DNA of 64,000 bases from an uncultured Aquificales bacterium (GCA_964516095.1 CAZEYS010000001.1:13095-77094); one strand, 5' to 3'. Positions 10,270-20,409 are shown, numbered from the stretch's first letter. The notes: a model not told the origin generated them from the letters alone. Program-made: numbers and translations.

Positions 10270-11432
10270 CTATTTAAAACCACGTTTTTATAGTTAAAAA
10301 AATAGCTCTCGATTGCCCTTGTTATGGCATTTGCAAATTTATCTAAAAATTCTGGATTAGTTAATAATTGAGCATCATGTTTATTTGTCAAATAGGCTGT
10401 TTCAATCAACACAGAAGGAATTCCTGGTGTTTTCAATACGGCAAAGTTTGCACTATCTATACCTCTTACCTTTGTTATTCCTTTAAGTTTATCTTTTAAG
10501 ATATAAGCAAAGTTTCTACCTTCTGTCATTGTTGTGTTTATTGCAAGTTCAGCAATAATTCTGTTTACATAACTGTTGTTACTAACTTTTATAATTCTCA
10601 TAACAGCTTTGTTTTCTCGCTTTTCTACGATTCTGGCAAGTTTGGATTTTGCACCTTTCAAATTTAATGTGTATATGTATGTGCCGTTTCCAAGACCACT
10701 TCTGTCGGCATTACAGTGTATACTAATAAAGATATCTGCTTTTTTCTTAAGGGCAAATACACTTCTTGAGTATAAATCTACATAGTAATCCCCATTTCTC
10801 GTTAGATAAACTTTGAATATCTTTTTCTCTTCTAATATTTTTTTCAGTTTACGTGCAAGCTTCAGGGTAATGTCTTTTTCTCTAAGTCCGTTTGCAATGG
10901 CACCTGGATCTTTTCCACCATGACCTGGATCTATTACAACAACCACCGGCCTTATAACTTTAAAATTTTCTTCGTTTTTCAACGTTTTTTGGAGAAAACC
11001 GTAAAGAGGATCAGAGTTTAACTTTATTACTTTAGGTTTAACTGGTGTATTTTTGTTTATTATTTTTGCTATTGTATCATTTTTAGCTTCAACATTTTTT
11101 CTAGTCTTATATAAATCAAGGACTATTTTTTTTCCGACACGAAATATTCTATAGCCTTTTACATTGTTAGATAGGCGAAAAACTAACTTACCTTTTCTCC
11201 TAAATTTGATAAATTCAAACTTTTTTATAAGTTTTTTGTTTAAATGGTTTCTTAGCTTTAAATTAATATCATTTGTTTCAAATATAATATACTCTTTGTC
11301 AAAAAAAGGAACTTCTTTTAAAGGGTAACGAGATTCTAAAACAATTCTATAGAACTCATTATGATTTCCTGTCCTTATATTTAAGGCCCACGTAAAATTA
11401 ACTATAATCAACAAAAAAACTAATATTCTCAT
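10266..11432 (-). CDS. N-acetylmuramoyl-L-alanine amidase (AmiC-like, Amidase_3)
   Basis: Signal peptide; IDPGHGGKDPGA, FISIHCNA, PSVLIETAYLTN. Confidence 0.92.
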   Translation of the reverse strand: MRILVFLLIIVNFTWALNIRTGNHNEFYRIVLESRYPLKEVPFFDKEYIIFETNDINLKLRNHLNKKLIKKFEFIKFRRKGKLVFRLSNNVKGYRIFRVGKKIVLDLYKTRKNVEAKNDTIAKIINKNTPVKPKVIKLNSDPLYGFLQKTLKNEENFKVIRPVVVVIDPGHGGKDPGAIANGLREKDITLKLARKLKKILEEKKIFKVYLTRNGDYYVDLYSRSVFALKKKADIFISIHCNADRSGLGNGTYIYTLNLKGAKSKLARIVEKRENKAVMRIIKVSNNSYVNRIIAELAINTTMTEGRNFAYILKDKLKGITKVRGIDSANFAVLKTPGIPSVLIETAYLTNKHDAQLLTNPEFLDKFANAITRAIESYFFNYKNVVLNR

Positions 11433-11524
11433 TTATACAGACACCACTCACCATTTTTGCAATCTTTAATGTATAATTTTATATAAATTATTCGGATGTA
11501 AAGCCGTTTTACTTGAGGAATAAA

Positions 11525-12250
11525 ATGAAACTTGGGGTAAACATAGACCATATAGCAACAATAAGAGAAGCTAGAAAAACATTTGAACCAGACCCAGTAA
11601 AAGGTGCCTTGATTGCCCAAGAATCTGGAGCTGACCAGATTACACTTCACTTAAGAGAGGATAGAAGACATATTCAAGATGAAGATCTATTCCGAATAAA
11701 GGTAAATATTACCAAAATTCCAATAAATCTTGAAATGGCACCAACTGATGAGATGAAACAGATAGCTTTAGATGTAAAACCAAATAGAGTTACCCTTGTT
11801 CCAGAAAAAAGGCAAGAAATAACAACAGAAGGCGGTCTTGATGTAATAGGAAATTTAGAATATTTAAAAAACTTTGTAAAAGAAATAAAAGAGGCAGGGA
11901 TAAATGTTGCTCTTTTCATTGACCCGGATAAAAATCAGATAGATGCCAGCAAAGAAACTGGAGCTGATGCAGTGGAATTACACACTGGAGAGTATGCAAA
12001 CGCATATGGTAAAAAAATATTTGAAGAGCTTGAAAGAATAAAAAGTGCTGCCAGATACGCACGAGAAAAAGGACTCAGAGTTTTTGCCGGACATGGACTT
12101 ACCTATGAAAATGTAAAACCTATTGCTCAGATAATGGAAATAGAAGAGTTAAACATTGGACATTCCATAATTGCTAATTCTGTTTTTTTAGGTCTTGATA
12201 AGGCTATAGAAAAAATGAAACGCTTAATTTTAGAAGAGAGATGTAAATAA
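11525..12250 (+). CDS. pdxJ: Pyridoxine 5'-phosphate synthase
   Basis: [27 protein letters not shown]; ATG 11525 preferred over TTG 11513. Confidence 0.97.
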   Translation: MKLGVNIDHIATIREARKTFEPDPVKGALIAQESGADQITLHLREDRRHIQDEDLFRIKVNITKIPINLEMAPTDEMKQIALDVKPNRVTLVPEKRQEITTEGGLDVIGNLEYLKNFVKEIKEAGINVALFIDPDKNQIDASKETGADAVELHTGEYANAYGKKIFEELERIKSAARYAREKGLRVFAGHGLTYENVKPIAQIMEIEELNIGHSIIANSVFLGLDKAIEKMKRLILEERCK

Positions 12251-14061
12251 TGTGTGGAATTGTAGGTTATGTAGGAAAAAGACAGGCTGTTCCTGTATTG
12301 CTGTATAGCTTACAAAGACTTGAATATAGAGGTTATGATTCAGCAGGAATAGCGGTAATAGAACCAAATGAAAACAAATTTATCCTGGAAAAACAGGTTG
12401 GTAAGATAAAAGATCTGCAAGAAAAGCTCTGGAATAAAAAAATAGAAGGTAATATAGGAATAGGACATACAAGATGGGCTACACATGGCCCACCATCAAT
12501 AGAGAACGCCCATCCACATACAAGTAAATCTGAGGTAATTGCTATTGTTCATAATGGGATAGTTGAAAACTACCCCCAACTAAAAGAAGAGTTAGAAAAA
12601 AAAGGTTATAAATTTAAATCCCAAACAGATTCAGAAGTTATTGCCCACCTTTTTGAAGAACTTTACACTGGGGATTTACTTGAAACAGCTTTTAAAGTAG
12701 AGAAAAAATTAGAAGGAGCCTATGCAGTTGCAGTAATATCAACATCCGAACCTGATAAAATTATAGCAATTAAAAAAGGAAGTCCTCTTGTTATAGGAAT
12801 TGGAAAGGAAGAAAATTTCTTAGCTTCAGACATTCCAGCTATTTTAGAGTATACAAAAGATTTTATAGTGTTAGATGATGGAGAAATAGCTGTTTTAACA
12901 AAACAGAATGTAAAAGTTTACAATTTAGATAAACAAAAACAGAAAAAAGAGATTTTGCATGTTAACTGGGACATATCTATAGCAGAAAAAGCAGGCTTTA
13001 AACATTTTATGCAAAAGGAAATACATGAGCAACCAAGAGTTATTGCAGACACAATATCAGGATTTAATTCTTCCGAAAATGAAAACCTTTTTGCCGATTT
13101 AAAAGATGCTTCTAAAATACATATAGTAGCCTGTGGAACATCCTATCATGCTGGTTTAATTGGTAAATTCTGGATAGAGAGATTTGCGAAAATTCCTGTA
13201 GAAGTTGACTATGCTTCAGAGTATAGATACAGAGATAAAATCATTGATAACAGGACTTTTGTTGTAGGTATAAGTCAATCAGGAGAAACTGCAGACACCC
13301 GATTTGCTCTACTGGATGTAAAAGAAGAAGGTGCCAAAACTTTATCTATAGTGAACGTGGTAGGAAGTTCCTTGTCCCGTGAAAGTGATTACGTACTTTA
13401 TACATATTGTGGTCCAGAAATAGGCGTTGCAGCTACAAAAACATTTACTGCTCAACTTGTTGTTTTATTTTTAACAGCTCTCAAACTAGGTAAATTAAAA
13501 GGTCTGATAGGTGAAAAAGAACACAATAAATATATACAGGCATTACTTTCTATTCCTTCAAAAATAGAATCTATTTTAAATAACGAAAACTACATTAAAA
13601 GTGTAGCTGAGAAATACATGAAAGCCCAAGATTTTCTTTTCTTGGGTAGGAATTTAAATTATCCTATAGCCCTTGAAGGAGCTTTGAAACTAAAAGAAAT
13701 TTCATACATACACGCTGAAGGGTATCCGGCAGGAGAAATGAAACATGGTCCAATCGCATTGATTGATGAAAATATGCCAGTTGTTGCCGTAGCGCCAAAA
13801 GATAGATTTTTTGAAAAAATGTTCTCAAATATACAAGAAGTAAAAGCCAGAAAAGGGAAAACAATTGTGGTTTCTACAGAAAATAGCAGAGATTTAGAAA
13901 ACTTGAGCGATGATATTATACAAATACCTACAACTGAAGAGGAACTTTACCCACTACTTACAGTAATTCCACTTCAACTATTGTCTTACCATATTGCAAC
14001 ACTTCTTGGTAAGGATGTAGACCAGCCAAGAAACCTTGCAAAAACTGTGACTGTAGAGTAA
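12250..14061 (+). CDS. glmS: Glutamine-fructose-6-phosphate transaminase
   Basis: MCGIVG, EYRGYDSAG, HTRWATHG, SQSGET, PRNLAKTVTVE. Confidence 0.98.
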   Translation: MCGIVGYVGKRQAVPVLLYSLQRLEYRGYDSAGIAVIEPNENKFILEKQVGKIKDLQEKLWNKKIEGNIGIGHTRWATHGPPSIENAHPHTSKSEVIAIVHNGIVENYPQLKEELEKKGYKFKSQTDSEVIAHLFEELYTGDLLETAFKVEKKLEGAYAVAVISTSEPDKIIAIKKGSPLVIGIGKEENFLASDIPAILEYTKDFIVLDDGEIAVLTKQNVKVYNLDKQKQKKEILHVNWDISIAEKAGFKHFMQKEIHEQPRVIADTISGFNSSENENLFADLKDASKIHIVACGTSYHAGLIGKFWIERFAKIPVEVDYASEYRYRDKIIDNRTFVVGISQSGETADTRFALLDVKEEGAKTLSIVNVVGSSLSRESDYVLYTYCGPEIGVAATKTFTAQLVVLFLTALKLGKLKGLIGEKEHNKYIQALLSIPSKIESILNNENYIKSVAEKYMKAQDFLFLGRNLNYPIALEGALKLKEISYIHAEGYPAGEMKHGPIALIDENMPVVAVAPKDRFFEKMFSNIQEVKARKGKTIVVSTENSRDLENLSDDIIQIPTTEEELYPLLTVIPLQLLSYHIATLLGKDVDQPRNLAKTVTVE

Positions 14062-14094
14062 TAATTAAACAAAGTAAAAAAGGAGGAATTTTTA

Positions 14095-15531
14095 TTGGTT
14101 AGAGTTAGATTCGCACCAAGCCCAACAGGATATCTTCACTTAGGAAATGCAAGAACAGCATTGTTCAATTATATTTTTGCAAGACATGAAGGTGGAAAGC
14201 TTATTTTAAGAATAGAAGATACTGATAAAGAAAGGTCTAAAAAAGAATACGAAGAAATGTTAATAGATGACTTAAAATGGTTAGGTATAAATTGGGATGA
14301 AGGACCAGATATAGGAGGAGAATATGGTCCTTATAGACAATCGGAAAGATTTCATATATATAACGAATATTTAGAAAAGCTAAAGGAAACAGGACATGTT
14401 TACAAATGCTACTGTACACCTGAGGAGCTTGAAGAAGAAAGAAAAAAGGCTTTAGCAGAAGGCAGACCCCCACGATACAGTGGAAAATGTAGAAACCTTA
14501 CAGAAGAAGAAAGAAAACAACTGGAAGAACAAGGAAGACCTTATGTATGGAGATTCAAAGTTCCAGATGGAAAAGTTATAACATTTGAAGACCTTATAAA
14601 GGGTATTATTGAAATAAATGTGGATGAATTTGGAGACTTTGTTATTGTACGTTCTGACGGTTCTCCTGTTTATAACTTTGTAGTTGTAATTGACGATGCT
14701 TTGATGAAAATATCACATGTTATAAGAGGAGAAGATCATCTTTCAAATACGCCAAAACAAATACTTATATACGAAGCTCTTGGTTTTAACGTACCAAAAT
14801 TTGCTCATTTACCTATAATACTTGGAGAAGATAGAAGTAAACTGTCAAAAAGACATGGAGCAGTATCATTGAGGGCTTTTCGAGATGATGGTTATATATC
14901 TGAAGCTATGTTCAACGGTTTAGCTCTTTTAGGTTGGCATCCGAAAAAAGACACTGAAGTAGTTTTACCTGAAGAAATAATTAAAGAGTTTGATATAAAA
15001 GATATACATAATGCTCCTGCAGTCTTTGATAGAGCAAAACTTAAATGGTTAAATGGAGTTTATATAAGAGAAATATTAGATCTGGATGATTTAACCAGTA
15101 GAGCAGTGCCGTTTTTCGAAAGTTTTGGTTATAGAGCAGATTATGATTACTATAAAAAAGTGATGGCTGCAATAAGAGACAGTATAGAAACACTTATGGA
15201 TATAGGAGAAAGAGCTAAACCATTTTTTGTTGATGATTTTCCTTTTGAAGAGGAAGCAGCAAGCTGGTTAGAAAGTGAAGACGGTTATAAAGTTGTTCAA
15301 GCCTTTTATGAGAAAATAAAAAATTTAGACAAAATAACAAAAGATGATTTTAAGAAAATAACAAAAGAAATACAAAAAGAACTTGGAGTTAAAGGGAAAA
15401 ATCTTTTCATGCCAATAAGAGTAGCACTGACAGGTAAAACGTCTGGAGTTGATATAGCTACGCTAGTAGAAATAATCGGTATTGATAGAGTAAAACATAG
15501 ACTTAAAAGAGCATTAGAATACTTTGGGTAA
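14095..15531 (+). CDS. gltX: Glutamate-tRNA ligase (TTG start)
   Basis: RFAPSPTGYLHLG, KLSKR; SD AAGGAGG. Confidence 0.96.
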   Translation: MVRVRFAPSPTGYLHLGNARTALFNYIFARHEGGKLILRIEDTDKERSKKEYEEMLIDDLKWLGINWDEGPDIGGEYGPYRQSERFHIYNEYLEKLKETGHVYKCYCTPEELEEERKKALAEGRPPRYSGKCRNLTEEERKQLEEQGRPYVWRFKVPDGKVITFEDLIKGIIEINVDEFGDFVIVRSDGSPVYNFVVVIDDALMKISHVIRGEDHLSNTPKQILIYEALGFNVPKFAHLPIILGEDRSKLSKRHGAVSLRAFRDDGYISEAMFNGLALLGWHPKKDTEVVLPEEIIKEFDIKDIHNAPAVFDRAKLKWLNGVYIREILDLDDLTSRAVPFFESFGYRADYDYYKKVMAAIRDSIETLMDIGERAKPFFVDDFPFEEEAASWLESEDGYKVVQAFYEKIKNLDKITKDDFKKITKEIQKELGVKGKNLFMPIRVALTGKTSGVDIATLVEIIGIDRVKHRLKRALEYFG

Positions 15532-15535
15532 TAAA

Positions 15536-15985
15536 ATGATAAGATGGATTACCGACAATTTAGGAGGAAGCAGAGCTCCAGAACCTGAAGAACTCGAAAA
15601 ATGGAAAAATGAAGGGGTAGATGTTGTTGTAAATCTACTAAATGGAGAATATGGAGATTTTATTGCAGAGAAACAAAAAGAAGCTGGATTTCAAGTAATT
15701 AGAATACCTTTTGATATGTACACTCCAATACCAGAAGAAGATTTCTTGGCAGTGTATGATTATATAAATCAGTTAGAAAAAGAAAGCAAAAAAGTAGTTG
15801 TTCATTGCAAGTACGGCAAAGCACGAAGTGGAACATTCCTTGCCGGCTACTTAATATACAATGGTAGAGACTACGAAGATGCACTGAATGAAGTGATAAG
15901 AAAGGGCTTTTTACCACAAACAGATTATCAAATAAAATTTTTGCAAAAACTTTACAGAAATAAAAATGGACACAATAACTCTTAG
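15536..15985 (+). CDS. Dual-specificity / Cys-dependent phosphatase
   Basis: CX5R loop VHCKYGKARSG; alternative TTG start at 15524. Confidence 0.85.
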   Translation: MIRWITDNLGGSRAPEPEELEKWKNEGVDVVVNLLNGEYGDFIAEKQKEAGFQVIRIPFDMYTPIPEEDFLAVYDYINQLEKESKKVVVHCKYGKARSGTFLAGYLIYNGRDYEDALNEVIRKGFLPQTDYQIKFLQKLYRNKNGHNNS

Positions 15986-16367
15986 AAAAAGTAAAATAGA
16001 ATTTTATGATTCAAGTGGCAATAAGATAAAGCCTAAAGATATAGAAAATCTGCTAAATGGGGAAAATCTAACTTTAGATGAAAAGTGGTTCTTAAGAGGT
16101 TGCAAACATATAACAGAAAGACATTACACCGAAGCAATAAAGAGATTTCAACTTTCTAAATCTCCTGATGCCAAATTAATGATTAGTGTGCTTGCTTTTA
16201 AAATAGCTGATGATTTTCTTTTTAAAGAGTATTTGAAACTTTTGAATGAAGAGAAGTTAATTTACTTTCCTAAAATTGGTTTTTACCCTTATTTTTTATT
16301 AGAAGACAAAAAATTACCTATCGACTTTAAGCTTATTAAAAAGCTATTAAAATTAACTAATTTTTAA
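15966..16367 (+). CDS. Hypothetical protein with a TPR-like helix pair
   Basis: FLRG...HYTEAIKRF pattern; start overlaps the previous gene. Confidence 0.6.
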   Translation: MDTITLRKSKIEFYDSSGNKIKPKDIENLLNGENLTLDEKWFLRGCKHITERHYTEAIKRFQLSKSPDAKLMISVLAFKIADDFLFKEYLKLLNEEKLIYFPKIGFYPYFLLEDKKLPIDFKLIKKLLKLTNF

Positions 16368-17419
16368 AACTTTAACTTTATGATGAATGTATTTTCTTTA
16401 ATATTCACTTTTAGTTTAAAGTTTAGTTCTTCGGCTAATTTTTTTACGATAGATAATCCTATGCCAATTCCTCTTTGACTCTCTCTATAATATCTTTCAA
16501 AAATCATATCGGGGTTTTCTATTTTTTTACTACTATTTTTTATGATAAGTTCCTTCTTGTTTAAAACAATTTCTACGTATCCGTTTTTTATGTTATGTTT
16601 AAATGCATTTGTTAGAAGATTTGAAACTATTCTTTCTAATCCTCTTTTATCTGTTGAAATTATTACCTTTTCTAATTTTGTTCTTACGGTGATGTCAGGA
16701 TACATCTTCGAAAGAATTTTTAATTCTTTTTCTATTAATTCTTTTACATTAACATCCTCTTTATATTTTTTAGTTTCCTTTAAAATATACTGTAGATTTT
16801 CGTATAAATTTGCCATTTGTTTTATAGCCACTTCTAATCTTTCCAAATCTTCATCATGCGAATACTTACTTTTTAGTATTTTTAAATTTATTAGGGCACT
16901 CATTATTGGAGTATTTATGTCATGGACTATATCTTTTAAAGTTTCATTTAAAATAATTATAGCTTTTTTTAGGGGATATACAGTATATATAGCAAAAATT
17001 AAAGATAATACCAATACAGTAAAAATCGACAACATGTAGAAGAACAAGAGAGTCTTTATTTTAGAAGACATGTCTTCAAAAAATCGCGATTTTGGGTAAT
17101 AAATTTTCAAAAATTCATTTTTAACACCTGGAACAGGAATTATCATGTAAAAACTTTCTTTAGTCTCTAATAATTCATACAATTTAAGTTTATTATCCGG
17201 GTATTTTACTAAATCTATTTTAAATTTTTTACCTTTAAAAGAAAGGGAATAATTCTTCATTTGTAGAAACAATTTATACTTTTCTGAAAAATATAAATCC
17301 CGATAGTAAAAATAAAATATAATAGTCACTAAGATAAAAATACTAATGAAATAAATAAAAAAAGCTTTGATAAAAGCTTCTTTCTCGTATTTGTTTTTAA
17401 ATAAACTGTCTTTAAACAT
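16364..17419 (-). CDS. Sensor histidine kinase (two TM helices, HisKA + HATPase)
   Basis: H-box DIVHDINTP, N-box NLLTNAFKH, G-box GIGIGLSIV; start 17419/17422 inferred from overlap with the regulator stop. Confidence 0.9.
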   Translation of the reverse strand: MFKDSLFKNKYEKEAFIKAFFIYFISIFILVTIIFYFYYRDLYFSEKYKLFLQMKNYSLSFKGKKFKIDLVKYPDNKLKLYELLETKESFYMIIPVPGVKNEFLKIYYPKSRFFEDMSSKIKTLLFFYMLSIFTVLVLSLIFAIYTVYPLKKAIIILNETLKDIVHDINTPIMSALINLKILKSKYSHDEDLERLEVAIKQMANLYENLQYILKETKKYKEDVNVKELIEKELKILSKMYPDITVRTKLEKVIISTDKRGLERIVSNLLTNAFKHNIKNGYVEIVLNKKELIIKNSSKKIENPDMIFERYYRESQRGIGIGLSIVKKLAEELNFKLKVNIKENTFIIKLKF

Positions 17420-18068
17420 CATCCTCAAGTATATATCCAATTCCACGAACAGATCTTATGTTAAGATTGGTTTTTTTCTTCAATTTCGCGATGTTTACCC
17501 TTAAACTTAATGATGAAGGTGTGTTTAAATATTCAAGCAATTGTTCTTTTGGCACTATTTTACCTGCATTTTTTATCAAAGTTTTAAGTAAATTTAACTG
17601 AACTTCACCCAATTCTAAGTTTTTATTGTTCTTAAAAACGTTTTTTCCATCAATTACTATATCTTTAAATTTTATATATTCCTTATTCAAGAAATCTTTT
17701 TGATTTTTACTGTTTAGTCTTGTTCGAACGCGAACCAAAAGTTCTTCTGGGTCAAAAGGCTTTTTGATATAATCCTCAGCACCAGCATTAAATCCTTTTA
17801 CCACAGTAGATGTATCTCTTAAAGCACTTATAAAAATAGTAGGAGTTGTGTCTTCTGCAAATCTTAAATCTTCCAGCAACTTTATACCATCTCCGTCTTT
17901 AAGATTTATATCGAAAATGTATAAATCATATTTGTTTTCATATATTTTGTCTGCAGCTTCAAAATAACTCTTGGCTATATCAACTTCATAATTATTTAAT
18001 TTTAAAAATTTAGCCAAAGAAAGAGCTAAATTATAATCATCTTCTACCAAGAGAATTTTTTTACTCAT
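17412..18068 (-). CDS. OmpR-family response regulator
   Basis: LVEDD, phospho-Asp in IFDINL, GAEDYIKKPF, winged-helix end VRGIGY. Confidence 0.93.
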   Translation of the reverse strand: MSKKILLVEDDYNLALSLAKFLKLNNYEVDIAKSYFEAADKIYENKYDLYIFDINLKDGDGIKLLEDLRFAEDTTPTIFISALRDTSTVVKGFNAGAEDYIKKPFDPEELLVRVRTRLNSKNQKDFLNKEYIKFKDIVIDGKNVFKNNKNLELGEVQLNLLKTLIKNAGKIVPKEQLLEYLNTPSSLSLRVNIAKLKKKTNLNIRSVRGIGYILEDDV

Positions 18069-18862
18069 CAGAATTTGACCCCAAATTTTGTAAAAATGGC
18101 ATGATCTAATGCTTTATTATTAAGACCGTAACTATAACTTAATGTTATATAGTATTTTGGGGACAAATTATATAACCCAAAATAAGAAATTGTATAACCA
18201 TAATCTCCGGTAATTATTGAAGAAGAACCATCTAAAGATAAACTGCTATAAAATTTATATGAGAACTGATAACCTACGCCTATCGAAAATGCATTAACAT
18301 CTTTTACTCCACTTTTGCCTTTAAAAGTTCTTCCATAATATATGAAATAATCATCTTTACCCCTAATATAGTCAAAAGTTATCGAGGGAGTAAAATCAAA
18401 CTTTTTATCACTTAAAGAGTTTTTACCAGTTGGGATTTTTGTATTTAAACCTATAGTTGTATATAAATTTTCCAACAAAAATGATGAGTAACTTAAATAA
18501 AAGTAAGTATCTCCTATACCTGAACTGTTATTGAAATTATCTTTTATGTAGTAAAGTGATGATAAAGAAGTATAAAAGCCTTTATATGCATAAGCTAATG
18601 AAGTTGAGGAGTAAATAGAATCATTTCCATTTTTTTTATTATATCCTACACCAATCTTAAGGTAAAACTTTCCTTTTATTCCACCTTCCCTTTCTTGCCC
18701 AATCTTTCCAAGAGGACAACCATCGGGTCCTACAATCTGATTAAAAGGAGTATTAGGACATCTATCTATTGAATCATCAACTCCATCTAAATCATTATCT
18801 GTGAATGCAAATGCTAAACCAAACGATAACAATGCAATCATCATTTGAAAAACTTTTTTCAT
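18068..18862 (-). CDS. Secreted/outer-membrane protein: thrombospondin-3-like Ca-binding repeat plus beta-barrel-like domain
   Basis: Signal peptide AFA; DNDLDGVDDSIDRCPNTP...GPDGCP; alternating aromatic strands; terminal Phe (GVKF). Confidence 0.72.
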   Translation of the reverse strand: MKKVFQMMIALLSFGLAFAFTDNDLDGVDDSIDRCPNTPFNQIVGPDGCPLGKIGQEREGGIKGKFYLKIGVGYNKKNGNDSIYSSTSLAYAYKGFYTSLSSLYYIKDNFNNSSGIGDTYFYLSYSSFLLENLYTTIGLNTKIPTGKNSLSDKKFDFTPSITFDYIRGKDDYFIYYGRTFKGKSGVKDVNAFSIGVGYQFSYKFYSSLSLDGSSSIITGDYGYTISYFGLYNLSPKYYITLSYSYGLNNKALDHAIFTKFGVKF

Positions 18863-18896
18863 GTTAGAACCTCCTTAAATATTTTTTATAGAAGTA

Positions 18897-18914
18897 GGGG
18901 GAAATCATCCCCCC
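18897..18914 (-). terminator. G/C hairpin between the first and second genes of the operon (partial terminator or mRNA stabiliser)
   Basis: GGGGG-AAATCAT-CCCCC. Confidence 0.45.
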
Positions 18915-18921
18915 ATTGAGT

Positions 18922-19578
18922 TTACCTGTTATGCATCATATATCTTTCATTATGATTTTCTCCAATATTATGCTCTTTTTCTGTATTTTGTAGATTTACT
19001 CTTTCTTGTATCATTTCTCTTTTTTCTTCGAGATTGTGTTCTCTTTCCATTATTCTTTCCATATGGTTTTCCATAGTATGTTCCATTCTACCTTCCATCA
19101 TTTCTTCTTTTTCTGTAAAGTTATGTTCTCTTTCTTTCGCTTTTTCCATATAGTTTTTCATGTTATGTTCCATCTTATTACCCATGTGAATACTTTCTTT
19201 ACGTTCATTTTCATGTTCGTGCAACATATTAACTATCTTATTGATAAGCATTTTTCTTTTTTCAGCAGAAATTTCTCTTAATTTTAGCTTTAGCTGATTC
19301 ATGTACTTATATTTTTCTTCTACTGGAGCATTCTTAACTTTTTCAATTAATTGTTTGATATCAGATGGTACTTCAGGATTTGTAGCACTATTTTCATGTT
19401 CTACAGATACTCCTCTGCCATCTTTCTCTACGGAAATTGTTTGGTTACTCGTACTAACATTGTGATCAATTTTAACTTGATTTGTGTTAGTATTATTTGA
19501 GCTTGCCTGTGGTGCTGCTACTGCTAAACCAACACTGAGATAAAAAATAGCGCCGGTTAATAATTTTTTTCCTTTCAT
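18922..19578 (-). CDS. Secreted protein with His/Met/Glu-rich repetitive C-terminus
   Basis: Signal peptide (AVA-A); SD GGAGG; C-terminal EHN/MEH repeats. Confidence 0.8.
   Translation of the reverse strand: MKGKKLLTGAIFYLSVGLAVAAPQASSNNTNTNQVKIDHNVSTSNQTISVEKDGRGVSVEHENSATNPEVPSDIKQLIEKVKNAPVEEKYKYMNQLKLKLREISAEKRKMLINKIVNMLHEHENERKESIHMGNKMEHNMKNYMEKAKEREHNFTEKEEMMEGRMEHTMENHMERIMEREHNLEEKREMIQERVNLQNTEKEHNIGENHNERYMMHNR
19000..19173 (-). repeat. Two tandem 87-bp (29-aa) degenerate intragenic repeats
   Basis: MEHNMKNYMEKAKEREHNFTEKEEMMEGR / MEHTMENHMERIMEREHNLEEKREMIQER. Confidence 0.85.
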
Positions 19579-19616
19579 GATAATAACCTCCAGAAATGAT
19601 TTATTTACTGAAGATT

Positions 19617-19652
19617 ATTGTAGGATACTAATGTTAACTGAAAGTTAACTGA
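19617..19652 (-). promoter_or_regulatory. Putative OmpR-type operator (9-bp direct repeat, 11-bp period) over the -35 position of a TACAAT promoter
   Basis: GTTAACTGA at 19633-19641 and 19644-19652; minus-strand TACAAT at 19617-19622. Confidence 0.65.
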
Positions 19653-20397
19653 TTCTTAAAACTCTTTTAGCGTTTTGATCAGTTATTTTCTCGAGTTCTT
19701 CAGGAGATAATCCAAGTAGGTTTGCAACAAAGTCTCGAGTATAAAATATATAAGGAGGTTTATTAGGTTTTCCTCTTTTTTTCTGGGGAGCAAGAAATGG
19801 ACTATCAGTTTCTAACAGAAGTCTGTCAAGTGGAACCTTCTTTAAGACTTCTCTAAGATTATCTGCTTTTGGATATGTTACATTCCCTGCAAATGAAATA
19901 TAAAATCCCATATCAACAGCTGACTGCATAAGTCTCATGTCTCCCCCAAAACAGTGAAGAATACCGTTAGATTCAAATGGAGCATATTTTTCCAATATTT
20001 TTTCTGTATCTCTGTTTGCTTCTCTGGAATGAACTACTATTGGAAGGTTTAGTTCTTTTGCCAGTTCTATTTGTCTTTCAAAAAAGTACTGCTGTCGGTC
20101 TTTAGGAGTATAGTCTCTATAATAATCCAGGCCACATTCTCCTACTGCTATAACTTTTTTATTTTTTTGTATTAACGATTTTAAATCTTGTATGTCTTCA
20201 TCTGTTATATCTTTAATATCATACGGATGATAACCTATAGATGCATAAACATTTTCATACTTGTTTGCTATGTCTATAGCTTTTGGTATCTCCTCTTTAT
20301 CACAACCAATTGTTAAAAGAAAATCAAGAGAGCTTACACTCTCCTGAAGGTCGTTTTCTCCTTTTAACATATCCAAATGACAGTGTGTGTCAATCAT
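19645..20397 (-). CDS. tatD: TatD family hydrolase/DNase
   Basis: DTHCHLD, GECGLDY, HSRE, LLETDSPFL. Confidence 0.93.
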   Translation of the reverse strand: MIDTHCHLDMLKGENDLQESVSSLDFLLTIGCDKEEIPKAIDIANKYENVYASIGYHPYDIKDITDEDIQDLKSLIQKNKKVIAVGECGLDYYRDYTPKDRQQYFFERQIELAKELNLPIVVHSREANRDTEKILEKYAPFESNGILHCFGGDMRLMQSAVDMGFYISFAGNVTYPKADNLREVLKKVPLDRLLLETDSPFLAPQKKRGKPNKPPYIFYTRDFVANLLGLSPEELEKITDQNAKRVLRIS

Positions 20398-20409
20398 AAT
20401 TTATTCTCC

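Noticed and set aside
12200-12250. glmS ribozyme
   Set aside because: No 5' UTR; the glmS start overlaps the pdxJ stop
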